Source: Takakia lepidozioides
Taxonomy: Eukaryota; Plantae; Bryophyta
Direction: 5' to 3'
Length of the DNA stretch: 64,000 nt
Assembly (NCBI GenBank): GCA_030704615.1
Contig: CM060731.1
Coordinates: 84,506,001-84,570,000 of the forward strand
Below the pieces are notes generated by a model. The model had not been told where the DNA came from, ran no database searches, and saw only the letters and a program-made list of their open reading frames with translations. A program made the position numbers and the translations under genes. Shown one piece after another: positions 61,162 to 64,000 of the stretch (its first letter is position 1; every line of letters begins with the position of its first letter).

Positions 61162-61658
61162 ACCTCACTTCGGTAAGCTCCCCCCTCAAGTCATAGTTAC
61201 TCGCTTGATGTGCGCGCCTAACTCCCAACCTGGCCACCGGGCCAACTTGGAGCTTCGGCTGCTCACCGGGACATAACGGTCCCCCCCTGATCCCAAAAAA
61301 CCCTCCAACGATCTAGAACCAGCGGAATTCCCTTTGGTAGTTGGCAGTCCGGAACAGCTCCCCACTCTTTGGTCGCTTTCCGGCTCGCTCGCTTACTCAC
61401 TAGCTTTTGGTCACCAACGGGCTTGCACCGTTCTCGGGGTTACTACTCCCTATATATATACTTCTGTAGCTGTCTGCGGGGGTTTCACAAACAACCATGC
61501 CATTTTATGGCGAACCACCACGAACACCCTCGACTCCCGGTGATGAGTCGCGGTGAGTCTTGGCCCACTCACCACGGCCCCTATGGACCGTGATGAGTCC
61601 CAAGACTCCCCACGACTTCCACCACGAGGTCTCCGCCTCAAGGCAAAGGGCCGCGACA
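61154..61658 (-). repeat. 5' LTR of chromovirus (505 bp, ~215-bp internal deletion)
   Basis: TGTCGCGG..TGCGACA termini; matches 55611-56095, then jumps to the terminal tcaaggcaaagggccgcgaca. Confidence 0.92.
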
Positions 61659-63837
61659 GGTCGGACATGCACTCAATCCTGGAGGTGAAACAAAGGACTG
61701 GATATGACTACATCCAAGGTAGCAGGTTTCCAGGGCAAGGCAGCAAATCCGACCGTTGTTACATTTTTTAAATGTCAACGTGTGGGCCTGGGAGTGGAAT
61801 CGACCTGGTCACTTGCAAGACAACTGGAAACTTGTCGAATGCTTGGGTGATATTTGACCACATCAAGCGAATTACAAACCATCAGTGGATGACCATGGGT
61901 GCGCATGTTTATGACTATCACTCCAAGAGGCTCATGACGATTGCAATCTGCGAGATGAAAGGGGAGGACACACAGTCGGAGATGCATCTGTGGGAGGGCA
62001 TAAACGAGCAGATGGCAAGGGCAGGTTTGCCAAAGCCCAATTTCAGGGGATTCATGGTAGATAACGCTCAGGCTAACTGGGTAGCGGTGCGGCATGTGTA
62101 TGGTGAGGACCCCAATGTTCCAATGGAGGGGAAAGAGAGATCCTGTGGATTCCATTGGATGCAGAGTCTATCTCACTACACTACCAAATTTGTTGCTAGC
62201 TCATTCCAAGCTGAACACTGTGTCATTTGTACGACGTGGAATGATGCACCCACATTTGATGACGCGGAGGTTAAGTTTGCTATCATTGAGGCTTGGTGGA
62301 ACATGTCAGGTGCAGTGGAGACAACCAATCTGGGAGCCTTGCACAGCTGGTTGAGGTGGTGGCATTTCCGGTATCGACAGTTCGGACAGTACATGCGGGA
62401 GGTATGATGCCAGAGTTTTGCTGCAATTGTCGTTCTACTACGGACCTTTCCATTTTTCCCTCACCATTGTTTCTGTCCTTGTAGAGCGGTGCCTGGATTC
62501 CGACACGGACATGCCAAACACAAATATGGCAGAATCAGTCCACTCCTCCTGGCGAGCGTCTTCTGCCGCACATCTGGTGGACGTAGTGATGGCCACAATT
62601 GAGGCCATCGACAGAGCAATCATGTAGCAAGCCAGGTACTACAAGTTTCTGAGCGGAAAACAATGGGGCTTTGGGCCGGACATGGAGGAATTGTTGGTAC
62701 GAATAGCTTCGAGGTCGAAGAATCCACTGAAATGGTGACAACATTGTGAGAGAAGATCAAAGGGACGCCTCTGCACCGCAGAGGTGAACACCTAGACAGC
62801 ACCTAGAGGTCTCGTCATGTTTGTGTCTTCCAGCAGTGGAAGCCCAAGAGTTTCCAGATCGCCATCGCCTTCAAGCAGGGATTCCGTGCGAGAAATTCTC
62901 ACCGCTCGCCTACCCCAAATTCCGCCCGCTGTTATGCAGTATGGCCAAGCCATTGTGGAGACGACTGTGTCTATATCATAGTGGAGAATTGCTCGCACAA
63001 GGCCGGCGTTTTGAGGCAGGTGTTCTGCAATTCGCAAAGTGTTCCGCAAAGTTTGTGGAGGCGACAACGACCTAATTCTGGTTCTGCAGGTAATGACTTG
63101 CGTGTACGGAAAGCCCAAATACGGCATACAAACAATGCCAGAGGCTCCCCCGGTGTGGCCGGTGGAACCAGGATGCGATCTGAGTTAGGTTGAGGCCGAT
63201 GCCCTTATTGCCGCAAGATTTCGGATGGTGCAGCGCACTGACATCCCCGAACAACCATTTCCGCTTCCACAGCCTCCACCACTGAGCCCTGTGAGAGCAA
63301 GAACAATGGGACGCGACAACTCTAAGCATCCTACACACCGTTGGGGGAAACCGAAGAGGCGACGACCTCCCTCAAAAGTGAACGAGACAAGGATGGGAAA
63401 TGCACTTCGGATGAACTATACAATCCAGAGCTCAACAGAAGTGCCCCACCCGGCTTCGGGCGTGTGTATCAGATGGCCACGGTAGGCTCAGCTGTCCGCA
63501 ATGAGGTGTACACCATCACCATTTCAGAATTACCCACTTGCAATTGCACCGACTTCCAGATCATGGCGAAGAAGGGGGCATCATACTGCCCTTGCAAGCA
63601 TATATACTACGTGTACCTAAAGAGACTCCGGTGTAATTCCACAACTCATCACTTCATACATGCACCAAGGTTGAGCCCCCAAGAGGTGTACACTCTTCTG
63701 AATATGGATCCAGGGGACCAGTGAGCTTGGCTTGCGGGCCACAACACAATGTTACGCCCATCCTTCCCGGAGTTTCAGTTATAGTAGAACTGTACTGCTG
63801 CCACTACAAACAAATGGGGGGGGGGGGGGGGGGGGGT

Positions 63838-63976
63838 TTGCGATGCCAGCCGCGCCCCCACGCCCCGCGTGGCGCCGAGCGTGTGACGCAACCCCGCGGA
63901 GCGTGTTTGCGACGCTGGGCCGTCGCACCCAAACCCCGCGGGCCGCCACCTGGCGGCGACGCCTGGCCGTCGCACG
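63838..63976. repeat. GCGAC-N8-GTCGC dyad cluster downstream of the MULE transposase (possible subterminal region)
   Basis: TGCGAC-gctgggcc-GTCGCA at 63908-63927 and GGCGAC-gcctggcc-GTCGCA at 63955-63974; the same motif occurs at 50235-50444 and 16930-16948. Confidence 0.7.
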
Positions 63977-64000
63977 GAGTAATGAAGGGCAAATGGCAGC

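Larger units (their letters stand above)
55611..61658 (-). mobile_element. Chromovirus (Ty3/gypsy) LTR retrotransposon with 5-bp TSD GGTCG; internally deleted
   Basis: TSD at 55606-55610 and 61659-61663; LTRs 55611-56325 and 61154-61658; PBS; gag (KPKEPGTFEG, CFNCGEPGHMAKKC), protease WDTGASHSF, RT YIDDIL, integrase SMDF/SDRDPKF, GPF, chromodomain EYEVERVL..YLVKWKGY..SW. Confidence 0.96.
54255..63724 (+). mobile_element. Mutator-like transposase gene (GCM-like zinc domain + MULE DDE + SWIM finger), split by a chromovirus and carrying stops
   Basis: 54255-55610 joins in frame to 61664 after removing the LTR element (EFGRGS|DMHSILEV). Motifs VIFDH, FMVDNAQ, CGFH (CxxH) and NMAESVH; intron 62402-62486; SWIM YTITISELPTCNCTDF..CPCKH. 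N-terminal W..T...CAGKLRCLNPAC...C...C...C...HVGVHCHP at ~55000-55337. In-frame TAA at 61769-61771. Confidence 0.85.

Noticed and set aside
50423-63976. Classical long terminal inverted repeats for the MULE
   Set aside because: The inverted match is limited to a ~21-bp dyad motif; flanks are not colinear and no TSD is visible.

Overview
Eukaryotic, intron-rich DNA, most likely from a non-seed land plant (inferred from plant-type WDR12 and AlaAT genes, a PLS-type PPR relic and a chromovirus with an iMet PBS). Two host genes lie on the minus strand: a 14-exon WDR12/YTM1 ribosome-biogenesis gene (8246-15182) with a premature stop and frameshifts in its 3' exons, and an apparently intact 15-exon alanine aminotransferase (33547-43764). 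Most of the rest is nested transposon sequence: a Harbinger relic, an RPS2 pseudogene fragment, a copia remnant, a Ty3/gypsy element with a dUTPase-like domain and a solo LTR inserted in it, an RTEX/CR1-like LINE in an AlaAT intron, and a chromovirus (TSD GGTCG) that splits a Mutator-like transposase. The most striking region is 46.4-64 kb. It holds a Mutator-like transposase with a GCM-like Cys/His domain and a SWIM finger, preceded by about 22 copies of a 22-bp palindrome (GGAAATGCGG-NN-CCGCATTTCC) at 52-53 bp spacing. It also holds a divergent orphan ORF and an intron-containing, bacterial-type N4/N6 DNA methyltransferase-like gene whose upstream region has a second palindrome array of the same geometry. 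All domain calls come from motif recognition by eye, with no database searches.
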